Below are positions 38,826-47,653 of a DNA stretch of 58,335 bases, piece by piece. A model generated the notes under the pieces. The model had not been told where the DNA came from, did not search any database, and saw only the letters and a program-made list of their open reading frames with translations. The position numbers and the translations under genes are program-made. Position 1 is the first letter of the stretch; each line of letters begins with the position of its first letter. This DNA is from a virus (Duplodnaviria; Caudoviricetes), in the IMG/VR virus record IMGVR_UViG_3300048578_000131, positions 1 through 58,335 of that record; one strand, given 5' to 3'.

Positions 38826-39538
38826 GCCCCCGCCTCCTGCCGTTTCCTGTCCGCGGACGCTACGGGTACGAATAGAATCGGTTGATCGCTTGCTGCGCCG
38901 AAGGCCGGGCGCGCGCGAAGGGCGGAACACACCGCTCGGCGCACTTCACCGCCGGTCATCAACTCGGCGCAGGCATTGACGAGATCGAGGTGCACGGGGC
39001 GCTTGCCCTGCCAGCATCCGTGGCGCGATGCGATGGCCGCAAGCTCCGAGACGTGCAGCATGTGCAAAAGCTGATAGGCCCAAGGCCAGCTATCGCGGTA
39101 GCTGGATTGCGTCACCTCGACCGTGCCGGCATCGGCGTCGACCGTCCAGACATCCACGCCTGACCCGCAGGTGCGATAGATGATCTCCTGCGTCTCGGTG
39201 CGCCGCTCTGTGTAGGACGTGCAGTTCGCCTCCTTGGTGATCAGGGGCGGCAGCTTCTCATTCCAGTGTGGCGCAAGGGCGACGATCATGCGCGACGCGA
39301 TGCGCTGAAAGCCGCGCAACTGTGCCTCCAGCCGATCGGCGACGTCCTTGCTGGACTTGATCTCGACCGCGATGATGTCGGTTTCCGTGACCGCCGCGAG
39401 ATCAATCCGGTTCGTCGAATAGCGCAGCGGCAATTCGTGGATGATGCGCGCGGATGGCCAGCGTTCGCGCAGCCGCGGCACGATCAGGTCGCGCATCCGT
39501 AATTCTTCGGACGACCGATATTGTACGGCAGCAGTCAA
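38822..39538 (-). CDS. PD-(D/E)XK nuclease-family protein (MmcB-like)
   Basis: IIHEL...RIDLAAV...IAVEIKS. Confidence 0.75.
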   Translation of the reverse strand: MTAAVQYRSSEELRMRDLIVPRLRERWPSARIIHELPLRYSTNRIDLAAVTETDIIAVEIKSSKDVADRLEAQLRGFQRIASRMIVALAPHWNEKLPPLITKEANCTSYTERRTETQEIIYRTCGSGVDVWTVDADAGTVEVTQSSYRDSWPWAYQLLHMLHVSELAAIASRHGCWQGKRPVHLDLVNACAELMTGGEVRRAVCSALRARPAFGAASDQPILFVPVASADRKRQEAGA

Positions 39539-39565
39539 GCCCCCGCCTCCTGCCGCTTCCTGTCC
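38822..39565. repeat. 31-bp direct repeats flanking the nuclease gene
   Basis: 38822-38852 and 39535-39565 are 30/31 identical; both encode DRKRQEAGA-stop. Confidence 0.9.
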
Positions 39566-39891
39566 AGTGCGGAAAATCCCGGAGGCGGATCACCGAAGAT
39601 GGACTGGGTGAGTGTTCGGCCACGAGATGCCGCGGCCCGCGCATCGCGGTCGGCAAGGGCCGATGCATCGACACGACGCGCCGGGGCGTCGTCTTCAGTG
39701 GCCGCAGGATCGACCGGCCGCGAGACCAGACGCGGCGGCGGCAATCCGTGGTTCTTGAATTTCGACCGGACGGATTCGATCGTCCGGCCGAGCGCTTCGG
39801 CGATCTGCTCCGCGGTCGCGTCCGCGACCTTCATGCGGCGTGCGGTCAGCCATTCGGAATCGGTCCAGCGTTTCGGATCGCGGTCCTTCAT
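39535..39891 (-). CDS. HTH-containing hypothetical protein
   Basis: RWTDSE...EQIAEALGRTIESVRSK; FGDPPPGFSAL. Confidence 0.7.
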   Translation of the reverse strand: MKDRDPKRWTDSEWLTARRMKVADATAEQIAEALGRTIESVRSKFKNHGLPPPRLVSRPVDPAATEDDAPARRVDASALADRDARAAASRGRTLTQSIFGDPPPGFSALDRKRQEAGA

Positions 39892-40118
39892 TTGACCTCC
39901 GCGAGACGATGCAGTTCAGCTTCGACGTCGGCCGCGGCCGACATCAGCGGCCGGTACAGTTCAGCGAAGTCCTGGGTATTGAACGCGGTGACAATCAGAT
40001 CCCGCGCGACGTCGCCTGCGGGGCGGTTGAGCATGTTCGCCTCGATCATCAGGCGGCGGTAGACCGACCGTGATATCGGGATAGTGAGAGTGATGTCGGG
40101 TTTGGTGGTCACCGTCAT
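39888..40118 (-). CDS. Small putative DNA-binding protein
   Basis: Ribbon-helix-helix-like pattern; coupled ORF. Confidence 0.5.
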   Translation of the reverse strand: MTVTTKPDITLTIPISRSVYRRLMIEANMLNRPAGDVARDLIVTAFNTQDFAELYRPLMSAAADVEAELHRLAEVK

Positions 40119-40666
40119 GCCGCACCTTCAAGCGAGCGGCGAAGATCGACGACGAGACCGATGCCTGACCGGCGCAGCGCCGAATTCGCGCGGTGGCCCA
40201 TGCCGATCAGGACGATGCCGGTGCCGGGCGAGGTGCCGATGGTTCCGGCAAGATGTTGCGTGATCCTGCCCTTGCGGTCGACCGAGGTCATGGCCTCGCC
40301 GCGGACGAACTTCGTCTTACCGCGCGGAAACAAAAGCGTTTCGGCTTTCGGCGCGACGTAATCGTGAAACCAGTCCGCCGATGTATAGGCTCGCACGAGT
40401 GCGATACCGTTGGCGTGCTCAAAGAATTTGCGCAGCCATGGCACCTGACCGTGTCGGCCGCCGAAGGGTGGATTAACGAAGACGAGGCCCGACCATGACT
40501 GTGTCAGCCCGTCTTCCGCCTTGGTGTAGACCTTGCGAGCCGGCACCCAGTGATGCAGGCCCGGCGAACATGGATCCAGATCGAAGGTCAGTCCCAATGC
40601 CTCGAAGTAATAAGGCGGGGTGTACCATTCGTCGGAATGACCGAGTGAGGGCTCGTGTTCGCTCAT
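40115..40666 (-). CDS. Phage-type N6-adenine DNA methyltransferase
   Basis: DEWYTP, FDLDPCS, DGLTQSW, VFVNPPF. Confidence 0.88.
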   Translation of the reverse strand: MSEHEPSLGHSDEWYTPPYYFEALGLTFDLDPCSPGLHHWVPARKVYTKAEDGLTQSWSGLVFVNPPFGGRHGQVPWLRKFFEHANGIALVRAYTSADWFHDYVAPKAETLLFPRGKTKFVRGEAMTSVDRKGRITQHLAGTIGTSPGTGIVLIGMGHRANSALRRSGIGLVVDLRRSLEGAA

Positions 40667-41664
40667 TCGGCGGCCTCCGCCTGCAAAGGTCGCCCGATCC
40701 GCACGTCGCTGAAAATGCCAGCATCGGCGCGGATGCGGCGCTCCGCCATTTCGACATATTCGGGATTGAGTTCGATCAGGATGGCGTTGCGACCAAGACG
40801 ATCCGCGACGAGGGCGGTGGTGCCGGCGCCGCCGAAAGGATCAAGGACAGTTCCGCCGGCGGGACATCCGGCCCTGATGCATCGCTCAGCCAGTGTCGGC
40901 GGCATTGTCGCAAAGTGCGCGTCGGGGTAATTTTCTGGCCCGAGCATCCAGACGGAGCGAGCGTTTCGCTTTCCGCCGACACCTTCCCACGGCTCGTCTT
41001 GGCCGCGTCCGCCCTTGCTGATCTGCGCGCCGCGTTTGAATCCGTTGCCGGACGCGTGATCGGAAACCGCATCCTCTGCGATGGCGTCCGCATCGTGGAA
41101 GTAGTGCCGGCTTTTGCTGAGGTGAAAAATGAACTCGTGGCTACGCGTACAGCGGTCGCGCACGGGCTCCGGCATTGGAGCTTTCTTTCCCCAAACGATA
41201 TCTTCGCGCAGATACCAGCCATCATCTCGGAGCGCGAATGCGACGAGCCACGGAATGCCTATCAGGTCTTTCTGCTTATAGCCGTCAGGTGGCTTGATCC
41301 ACTTGCGGCCGATAGCGCCGGAGTTTACCGCCTCGCTTTGAAAGAATTGTCGCGATCCGCGGTTACTCGCTTGCTTCTGGTGCGGGCTATCGTCCGGGTT
41401 GCCGCCCCGGCCGGACGCGGCGTAACTGTCGCCGAGATTGAGCCAAAGCGTCCCGTCATCGCGTAGCACGCGGCGCACCTCCGCGAACACCGTGCGCATT
41501 GCCTCGACGAACTCATTCGGCGAAGTTTCCATCCCGATCTGGCCGGCGGCCCCATAGTCCCGCAGACCGAAGTAGGGAGGCGATGTGACAACACAATGCA
41601 CCGATTCATCCGGCAATTCGCGGAGGCGATCTCGACAATCGCCAAGGAGGATGCGAACCGACAT
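40663..41664 (-). CDS. N4-cytosine/N6-adenine DNA methyltransferase, beta class
   Basis: VTSPPY, LWLNLGD, HFATMP, VLDPFGGAGTT. Confidence 0.93.
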   Translation of the reverse strand: MSVRILLGDCRDRLRELPDESVHCVVTSPPYFGLRDYGAAGQIGMETSPNEFVEAMRTVFAEVRRVLRDDGTLWLNLGDSYAASGRGGNPDDSPHQKQASNRGSRQFFQSEAVNSGAIGRKWIKPPDGYKQKDLIGIPWLVAFALRDDGWYLREDIVWGKKAPMPEPVRDRCTRSHEFIFHLSKSRHYFHDADAIAEDAVSDHASGNGFKRGAQISKGGRGQDEPWEGVGGKRNARSVWMLGPENYPDAHFATMPPTLAERCIRAGCPAGGTVLDPFGGAGTTALVADRLGRNAILIELNPEYVEMAERRIRADAGIFSDVRIGRPLQAEAAE

Positions 41665-43328
41665 CACATCCTCCCTTCCTCCCCCTCGCGGGGGCGCCGG
41701 AGGAAGTCTGGAATCTCCAGATCGATGTCTTCGGGATGAACTTGTAAGCATTCCTTACAGGTTGGTTCAGGCCGACACTGTGGTTGTGCATCCTGCGGTG
41801 CGGTCATCGTTCCAGTGGAGCAAGGTGACACGGTTTGCTCGGCCGCCGGCGGCACAAGGCCCATGTCTTCGAGGCCGCGAAGCAGTTCGGCTTCGGTCAT
41901 TTCTGGCGGAACGGGATCGTCGGCGATCTCGCCGGTCTCAGGATCAAACTGCGATTTGCGGATGACAGGATGCGCGGTAAAGCGCGCAGCATCGTCTGGA
42001 TGCGTGAGCGCGGCCTTTTGACCTGGCGCAATCCAGAACATGCGGGTGCCGCGGCGGGCAGCCGCATGCGGCATCCAGATCATCCAGAGATAGGCCGTCA
42101 GCGTTACGCCGTCCGGCTCATATCGCCCCTTGTGCAGCGGCACGCGCTCGGCAAATTGCGCGATCAGCGTCGGCGGATTGGGCTTGAAGATGCGCTCGTA
42201 TCGGCCCTGACCTTCCAGCCACTGCAGGCGAAGGAACATCGCGACACCGACCTTCGCATGCGAAATGGCCCGCAGCACGAATTGCTCCGCCTTATCATTG
42301 AAGGGCGGGTTCGTGATGATCCAGTCGCATTGCGGGATGTCGGTCAGATCACCGTCGATGAAATTGAAGATCTGCGGGCTATAGCCATAGCCGTGCACGT
42401 CGGTGGCGAGAACGCCGTCGAAATATTCGGTCAGGACATCGGCGATATGGCCCTCGCCACAGGCCGGCTCCCATGCGGTGCCGAACGTGTGCACCATCAA
42501 TTCCGGCATCACCACATCCATCAATGCGCGCGTGGCCCATGGCGGGGTTGGGAAGAAATCGAGCGAGTCTGCCGGCTCCTGCCGGCGCGGCGCGATGGCG
42601 CGGTCAGCATTGGGCAACGCACGTTCAACCTCCTCGCGTTGCTCCGTCTCCGGCAACCTGGCGATATGTTCCGCCTTAGAAATCTGGATTGCCGCCTGCT
42701 TAACGGCGGACTGCAGTTCGGGGACCCCGTGGTCACGGACCGCCGCCGCGCTCGCGATCGAGCGCTCCGACACATGCGCTCGCTCTGCCAGATCGGCGCG
42801 GGTTTCAACACGCAAATTTGCGTCTTCTCGGATGCCGATGGCGATCTGCATCGCTCCGACCCTGCGCAAAGTGAGATGGCGTTCGCCGACTTCGGACAGA
42901 CGCTTCGTCACCGCACTGAGGCGCTTGGTGACGATCTGGATATCGATACGGTTGCAGGTCTCTATCTTGGCCCAGGCTTCCGCGAACCAGTCGGCCGACA
43001 CCTCCAGATCGAACAGATCGGACATCGACTGGATGAACACGCGACGACGCGGGCCGAAGGTTGGCGCAGGCAGACCGAACGCACGCGCGTTCCCTGCGGC
43101 TACTTCATAATCAGCCGCCCAATCTGCATAGCCGTTGTCGAGCCGATGGATCAGCGCCACCGCGCTTTTGATTTTCCAGCGCGGGACACCGACACCCCAG
43201 TGATTGCCGCCCATGCGGCGCGACCACACCTCCGCATAGCAATGATCGCAGCCGGGACCGACCTTGGTGCACCCCCACCAGAAATTGACGGTCGCGTCCG
43301 TCCATTCGATCTTTGAGGCGGCGGACAT
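41664..43328 (-). CDS. Chimeric DUF5131(Gp37/68)-N + ParB-like HTH + adenine methyltransferase
   Basis: IEWTDATVN...GCTKVGPGCDHCYAE, SMSDLF; VSERSI; DFFPTPPW, WEPACGEG, ITNPPF. Confidence 0.8.
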   Translation of the reverse strand: MSAASKIEWTDATVNFWWGCTKVGPGCDHCYAEVWSRRMGGNHWGVGVPRWKIKSAVALIHRLDNGYADWAADYEVAAGNARAFGLPAPTFGPRRRVFIQSMSDLFDLEVSADWFAEAWAKIETCNRIDIQIVTKRLSAVTKRLSEVGERHLTLRRVGAMQIAIGIREDANLRVETRADLAERAHVSERSIASAAAVRDHGVPELQSAVKQAAIQISKAEHIARLPETEQREEVERALPNADRAIAPRRQEPADSLDFFPTPPWATRALMDVVMPELMVHTFGTAWEPACGEGHIADVLTEYFDGVLATDVHGYGYSPQIFNFIDGDLTDIPQCDWIITNPPFNDKAEQFVLRAISHAKVGVAMFLRLQWLEGQGRYERIFKPNPPTLIAQFAERVPLHKGRYEPDGVTLTAYLWMIWMPHAAARRGTRMFWIAPGQKAALTHPDDAARFTAHPVIRKSQFDPETGEIADDPVPPEMTEAELLRGLEDMGLVPPAAEQTVSPCSTGTMTAPQDAQPQCRPEPTCKECLQVHPEDIDLEIPDFLRRPREGEEGRM

Positions 43329-43330
43329 GA

Positions 43331-43867
43331 TCAGGAGCCCTTCCGCTTGCGCGCGTAGTCAGCACGATCAAGTTCGGCGAGGATCAGGGCGCCGGCCTTG
43401 ACGAGATCGCGGCGAAAGTCTGACTGTTTCCACCATCGCCGCGACCACGGCCACTCTGTCGGCGGCGATGAATATCCATCTCCAGTCGGAGCCATGTGCC
43501 CCGTCCTCACCGTCGCATAAAGAGCGTAGCAGCCCCCCGCCTTCGCAAGCTCGCCTTCGGCATGCGCGAAATCATGCTCTGGCGTCCAGCCCTCAAGCTC
43601 GATCTGGCGACGTCGCTCCGCCACGATGGCGAGCGCGCCCGGCGAGAGCGGGTGACGGATATGCAGGGCCTCGAACACGCGGCGCAGCGCATATGAGCGC
43701 ACGATCGATACGGTCGTCATGAACGCGCCGATAATGAGATTCTGAGTGAGCGTGATCGGGAATCCGAGAGCGGGAAGAATGATCGCGTTGGCGATCATGG
43801 CGACGCCCAAGCCCACTGCAATGTTGATCAGGCTTTCGACGAAGGACATGAGGCGGGATTGTTTCAT
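43331..43867 (-). CDS. Two-domain phage hypothetical protein
   Basis: N-terminal TM pair; AERRRQ...EGWTPEHD...WPW...RRDLVKAGALILAE. Confidence 0.75.
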   Translation of the reverse strand: MKQSRLMSFVESLINIAVGLGVAMIANAIILPALGFPITLTQNLIIGAFMTTVSIVRSYALRRVFEALHIRHPLSPGALAIVAERRRQIELEGWTPEHDFAHAEGELAKAGGCYALYATVRTGHMAPTGDGYSSPPTEWPWSRRWWKQSDFRRDLVKAGALILAELDRADYARKRKGS

Positions 43868-44298
43868 GCGGCGAGCGCCTCCCGCACAATTTCGTCAGAC
43901 ACATCGAAAGGGTTGCGCTGCTTACCGCGATACGGAATCGGCCAAGCAAATTTCTTCACCACTGGCGAGCGCTTGATGGCGTATCGCCCGGGCGTCCAAT
44001 CGCCACAGGCCACATCTTCCGCCGTTGCGCCCAACTCAGCATTGACTGTCCGCACACAATCAACGACCTCAACGAGCCCAATCAACGCGCCGCGCGGGAG
44101 GTCCGTGCCCCAATGGGGGCCAAACTCACTATCGAGGATATCCTCGAGATCGGGGCTGACGGACTTGAATTCGATATGTTTCGTTGCATGCACGAGCAAC
44201 GGCCCTCGATAGTTGAGCGGCCAACTTCGTGTTTCGTGGATTTTGCAGGGCGATAACCACAGCGACGCCCATGGCTGCCAGAGCGACCAGGCTTTCAC
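43864..44298 (-). CDS. ASCH-domain protein
   Basis: SLWQPWASL, KIHETRSW, YRGPLLVHA, GALIGLV, PIPYRGKQ. Confidence 0.88.
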   Translation of the reverse strand: MKAWSLWQPWASLWLSPCKIHETRSWPLNYRGPLLVHATKHIEFKSVSPDLEDILDSEFGPHWGTDLPRGALIGLVEVVDCVRTVNAELGATAEDVACGDWTPGRYAIKRSPVVKKFAWPIPYRGKQRNPFDVSDEIVREALAA

Positions 44299-44442
44299 GG
44301 AAGTACCCCCGTGAACCTGATCCCGAGAGCGGCGGGGGCCATCAGGAAGATGAGATAGGCGATGGCGAGGATGATGGTTTTCATCCAACCATCCCCGCGA
44401 TGCCGAGAAGAATCACCACGAACAGGAGAGCATCGATCCGGA

Positions 44443-44622
44443 TCACGGCACCCTCCGGTCGATCATCTCGTGGTCGGTATCGTCATTGCGGTCGATCAGG
44501 GATGCGGCATAGGCAAGGCCTGCGCCGTAGCCTGCAACGAAGATCGCAAGCGCAACGATGACCAATCCATCCGATTCAGGACAGATCACGCGATCCGAAA
44601 GTTTGAACCTGAACCAAGGCAT
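44443..44622 (-). CDS. Small membrane protein
   Basis: GGAGG RBS; single TM segment. Confidence 0.45.
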   Translation of the reverse strand: MPWFRFKLSDRVICPESDGLVIVALAIFVAGYGAGLAYAASLIDRNDDTDHEMIDRRVP

Positions 44623-44717
44623 GCGCCCCTCCCCCGAATAAAATCTCGGTTGAACTGGTGAAGATACGCGGGGACGCAACAAGCTACAGAAGCGACATAG
44701 AGATCTGCGGCTAACTA

Positions 44718-44885
44718 GTTTCGCTGACCCCGCGAAACAGGGGTGACGGAGACTACCTGCCATGGCACGTGAGCGTGTAGGTGGTTTCGCTGACCCCGCG
44801 AAACAGGGGTGACGGAGACTGCTCGGTCTTTTCCCAGCGATAGGGTGAGGTTTCGCTGACCCCGCGAAACAGGGGTGACGGAGAC
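44718..44885 (-). CRISPR. Mini CRISPR array: 3 identical 36-bp repeats, 2 spacers of 30 bp
   Basis: Repeat (minus strand) GTCTCCGTCACCCCTGTTTCGCGGGGTCAGCGAAAC at 44850-44885, 44784-44819 and 44718-44753; unique spacers at 44820-44849 and 44754-44783; ends in GAAAC. Confidence 0.93.
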
Positions 44886-44887
44886 GA

Positions 44888-46234
44888 TCATGCCGCAACC
44901 TCGCGCGGCATCACGGAATTCTGTTCTTCCGGCTGCGAAAAAACTGCGCAGGCGGCCGTATATAGCAGTTTCGCTTGCGCGCGATGTGGATTGGAGGATT
45001 GGTCCAGCGGTGCGGCGACATCGATAAGCGTGCCACCGCGGCTTTCCAGCGCGTGCCTCAATGCGAGTCTGAAACTCGCAGGTGCTGTATGGTTCTTTAC
45101 TCCTTTTCCCGACAGATCAATTTTTTGGATCGCAACGACCGCATAGCGTCGCGCGATTGCAGCCGCCGCCTCTCGCTGCGCCAGCATGCGACGCCGATGC
45201 AGTGCGCGGCCGAAAGCTTCAGCCGCCACACGATCGGCATCCGCGCCGCTATCCTCGGCGCCGCGCAACATTTCCTTGAAGGCGCCCCAGTCCGCCTCAT
45301 AGCCGTAATCCATGGTCAGCGTCCGGGTAGCCCCGCCGTCGAACAGCATGGCGTAGGGTTGCAGCCCATCCTCGCCTTCATGGGACCGCCAGGTAAGCGA
45401 CAGTCCCGCACAGACCCGGTCCGTGCGCGTCGTGACCTGCATGGCGCACACGAATACAACCGACCATTCCGGCCGCTCGAAACAATCGCCATCCCGGTTG
45501 ACGACGCGGCGCATCGTCCGGATCGCGCGCACTTCCTTCACGACCGCAGCCGGCGGCAGCGGGCGGTGCATGACAAAATCGAGAGCGAAGCGCGCAGGTC
45601 CACGCGGATTGCGCGGCCCGCGCAGCGTCATATCGATCCGCGCGAGCCGGTAGCCCGCGCGGTGCGAGCCTTTGCGGCGGCGCGCCGCATTCGGATCGGA
45701 AATGTATGACAGCGCACATTGCGAGAATCCGATCATCTGCGCCGGCGTGCGGCCATTCATGATCTGGTTGACGATCGCGTCACCGCAGGCCCGCTCGAAA
45801 TTATAGACCTGGGCGCCACGCGCCTTCGCAGCCGCACGGGCGCCATCGAACTGGAACACGACCGCGTTGTAATCGCCCCAATGCAGGCCTGCCGCGGCCG
45901 CATTCTGCTTGGCCTCGCGCTGCGCAGCGACGCGCCACGATCCGAGCGCGAGCAGCGCAGGCTTCGCGGTCTCGGCGCGCCGGCGATGTTCGTCCTTTGC
46001 GACGGCGAACGCCGCCCTTCGTTGAGTTGCATCCTTGATGGTTTCGGCACGTGCGCGGGCCTGCGTCAGCGCATCCCGGTTCAGCAGCGCAGCCTTGCGG
46101 CTGGCATATTCATCCTCGATGGCGATCAACCGCTTCCAGAGGCTCCGCTTGAGCGCGAGCGCACGATCGAACTCAGCGCCATCACCGGCCGGAGCGAACG
46201 CGCGGTACTTGTAGGCGCGGATCAGCTTTCGCAT
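44888..46234 (-). CDS. Compact Cas12m-like (type V-U1/TnpB-derived) effector, predicted nuclease-dead
   Basis: AYKY...P, LWKRLIAIE, GLHWGDYNAV, VMHRPLP, W-S-V-V-F; RuvC-I AGLSLTWR, RuvC-II VVAIQKIDL, APASFRLAL; abuts the array. Confidence 0.78.
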   Translation of the reverse strand: MRKLIRAYKYRAFAPAGDGAEFDRALALKRSLWKRLIAIEDEYASRKAALLNRDALTQARARAETIKDATQRRAAFAVAKDEHRRRAETAKPALLALGSWRVAAQREAKQNAAAAGLHWGDYNAVVFQFDGARAAAKARGAQVYNFERACGDAIVNQIMNGRTPAQMIGFSQCALSYISDPNAARRRKGSHRAGYRLARIDMTLRGPRNPRGPARFALDFVMHRPLPPAAVVKEVRAIRTMRRVVNRDGDCFERPEWSVVFVCAMQVTTRTDRVCAGLSLTWRSHEGEDGLQPYAMLFDGGATRTLTMDYGYEADWGAFKEMLRGAEDSGADADRVAAEAFGRALHRRRMLAQREAAAAIARRYAVVAIQKIDLSGKGVKNHTAPASFRLALRHALESRGGTLIDVAAPLDQSSNPHRAQAKLLYTAACAVFSQPEEQNSVMPREVAA

Positions 46235-47015
46235 GGCGGGGTCCTGTCGCTATCGATGCGGAGTCGATTGCCGTTCCTGTCGTGGAATTCAGTCCAGTGA
46301 CGGTTGTTTTCGTGACGACCGGTCCTCTTCATTCCGCAGGTCCAGCAATGCTGGATGGTGTGGTGTTCGTCGGGGCGGAATTTCTGGGACCAGGTGTGAT
46401 TGCGGTGCCGGAGGAAAGAAGTTGCAGTCACCGGAGTGACCGCGCGCGCCGCTATCGAAACAGCGGCGGGGATATTGAGGAATTCACGCGCGACGCGATG
46501 ACCTTGAACGGCACCTTTGTCTCCTGCTTGTGCAGGCCCCGGACCGATCCGCAGGTCACCTTTCTGAAAGCCGACAGTCGCGCTTGCCGACCGAAGCCTC
46601 GCGGCCGGGGTCTCAGACGGGAATTTGCCCCTTGGCTGCCGCCCCTCGCGCACGGCATTTAACTTGGGCCCAAGCACCAAGGGATGTGAGGCGCGCACCT
46701 TGCGGCCGCCTGCCTCAGCGAGAACTGTGAATTGATGCCGGGCAATGCGCGCGCTGCAGACGCGCACACCCTCAACAGCGTCCGGGTCCGCTGCCGTCAG
46801 CAATACCGCCGGCTGGAGGCCGCTGACGATCAGCCTTCCAGTCAGCCCGTGACCGGCGATCGACCGGGCACAGCTTGCGCTCTTCGCTCTGGGGTAAGTG
46901 AATTGGTTTCGGCGCGCCGGAGAAGCATGCGTCACCGCATGCTCACTCTCTCCGCTGCGGAAGAGACTTCCTTCAACGACGCGCCGAACTGTGAATTGAG
47001 GTGCCGTCTCTCCGG

Positions 47016-47219
47016 CTATTTGCTGACGACGACTCTCGACAGCGGGCCGCCGACATAAGGCGCCTCTGCCACTGCGACCATCATCGAGCTGACGATCTTT
47101 TCGAAATGCTCTTCGGCCTTCTTGCGATCGAGCGCGCCATTGGTGTCGAACTCGATTCTGACCGTCAGCTTGGCTCCGAAGGGCGGGTTCGTAATCTGCA
47201 GCGACTTGATGCGTTTCAT
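47016..47219 (-). CDS. Small hypothetical protein
   Basis: GAGG RBS; ATGA overlap with the upstream gene. Confidence 0.5.
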   Translation of the reverse strand: MKRIKSLQITNPPFGAKLTVRIEFDTNGALDRKKAEEHFEKIVSSMMVAVAEAPYVGGPLSRVVVSK

Positions 47220-47653
47220 TTTGGCCTCGATTGTTCGTGAATGACCCGTAGTGATTGCTCCGCATCCCGCGCGCGCTCTTCGCTTCGCACGAGATCGGTG
47301 AACCATCGCGCATCGCAGCCGTGCATGAAGGCGCGGAAGAAGGGTTCTCCGTGCCTGGAGCGGATGAGGATGCGCAGGAATTCGGGTGACGGCTTCCGCC
47401 GCTGATCGGCATCGCGCAGCATGAAGTATCGGCACGATGTGAGCGGCCAGCCGGTGAAGAGATGAAGCTGATAGCCGGGGTCCTTGGTGCCGCAGATTTG
47501 TAAAGCGGCATCGTAGAACCATCCGCGATCTTCACTTCCGCTTTCGGAAAAGATTTCCGGTTCCGGAAATGCATCACTTCCGGAATCGGAAGCGACGACG
47601 CGTGCAACCGCGGACGCGGGCGATAGAGTCCCATGCATGAACGCACCCCACAC
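47216..47653 (-). CDS. Hypothetical protein, CII-like position
   Basis: Downstream of cro; RKPSPEFLRILIRS; start uncertain. Confidence 0.55.
   Translation of the reverse strand: MWGAFMHGTLSPASAVARVVASDSGSDAFPEPEIFSESGSEDRGWFYDAALQICGTKDPGYQLHLFTGWPLTSCRYFMLRDADQRRKPSPEFLRILIRSRHGEPFFRAFMHGCDARWFTDLVRSEERARDAEQSLRVIHEQSRPK

Noticed and set aside
44652-44717. Possible third spacer plus degenerate fourth repeat
   Set aside because: After 30 nt the minus strand starts with GT but otherwise does not align to the repeat; a terminal guide cannot be supported.
44443-44898. 151-aa ORF with repeated LRHPCFAGSAK
   Set aside because: It is the translation of the CRISPR repeats; only the last 59 codons (from 44622) look like a gene.
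44888-46234. IS200/IS605 TnpB transposon
   Set aside because: No tnpA or element ends, no zinc finger, and it is linked to a repeat-spacer array.
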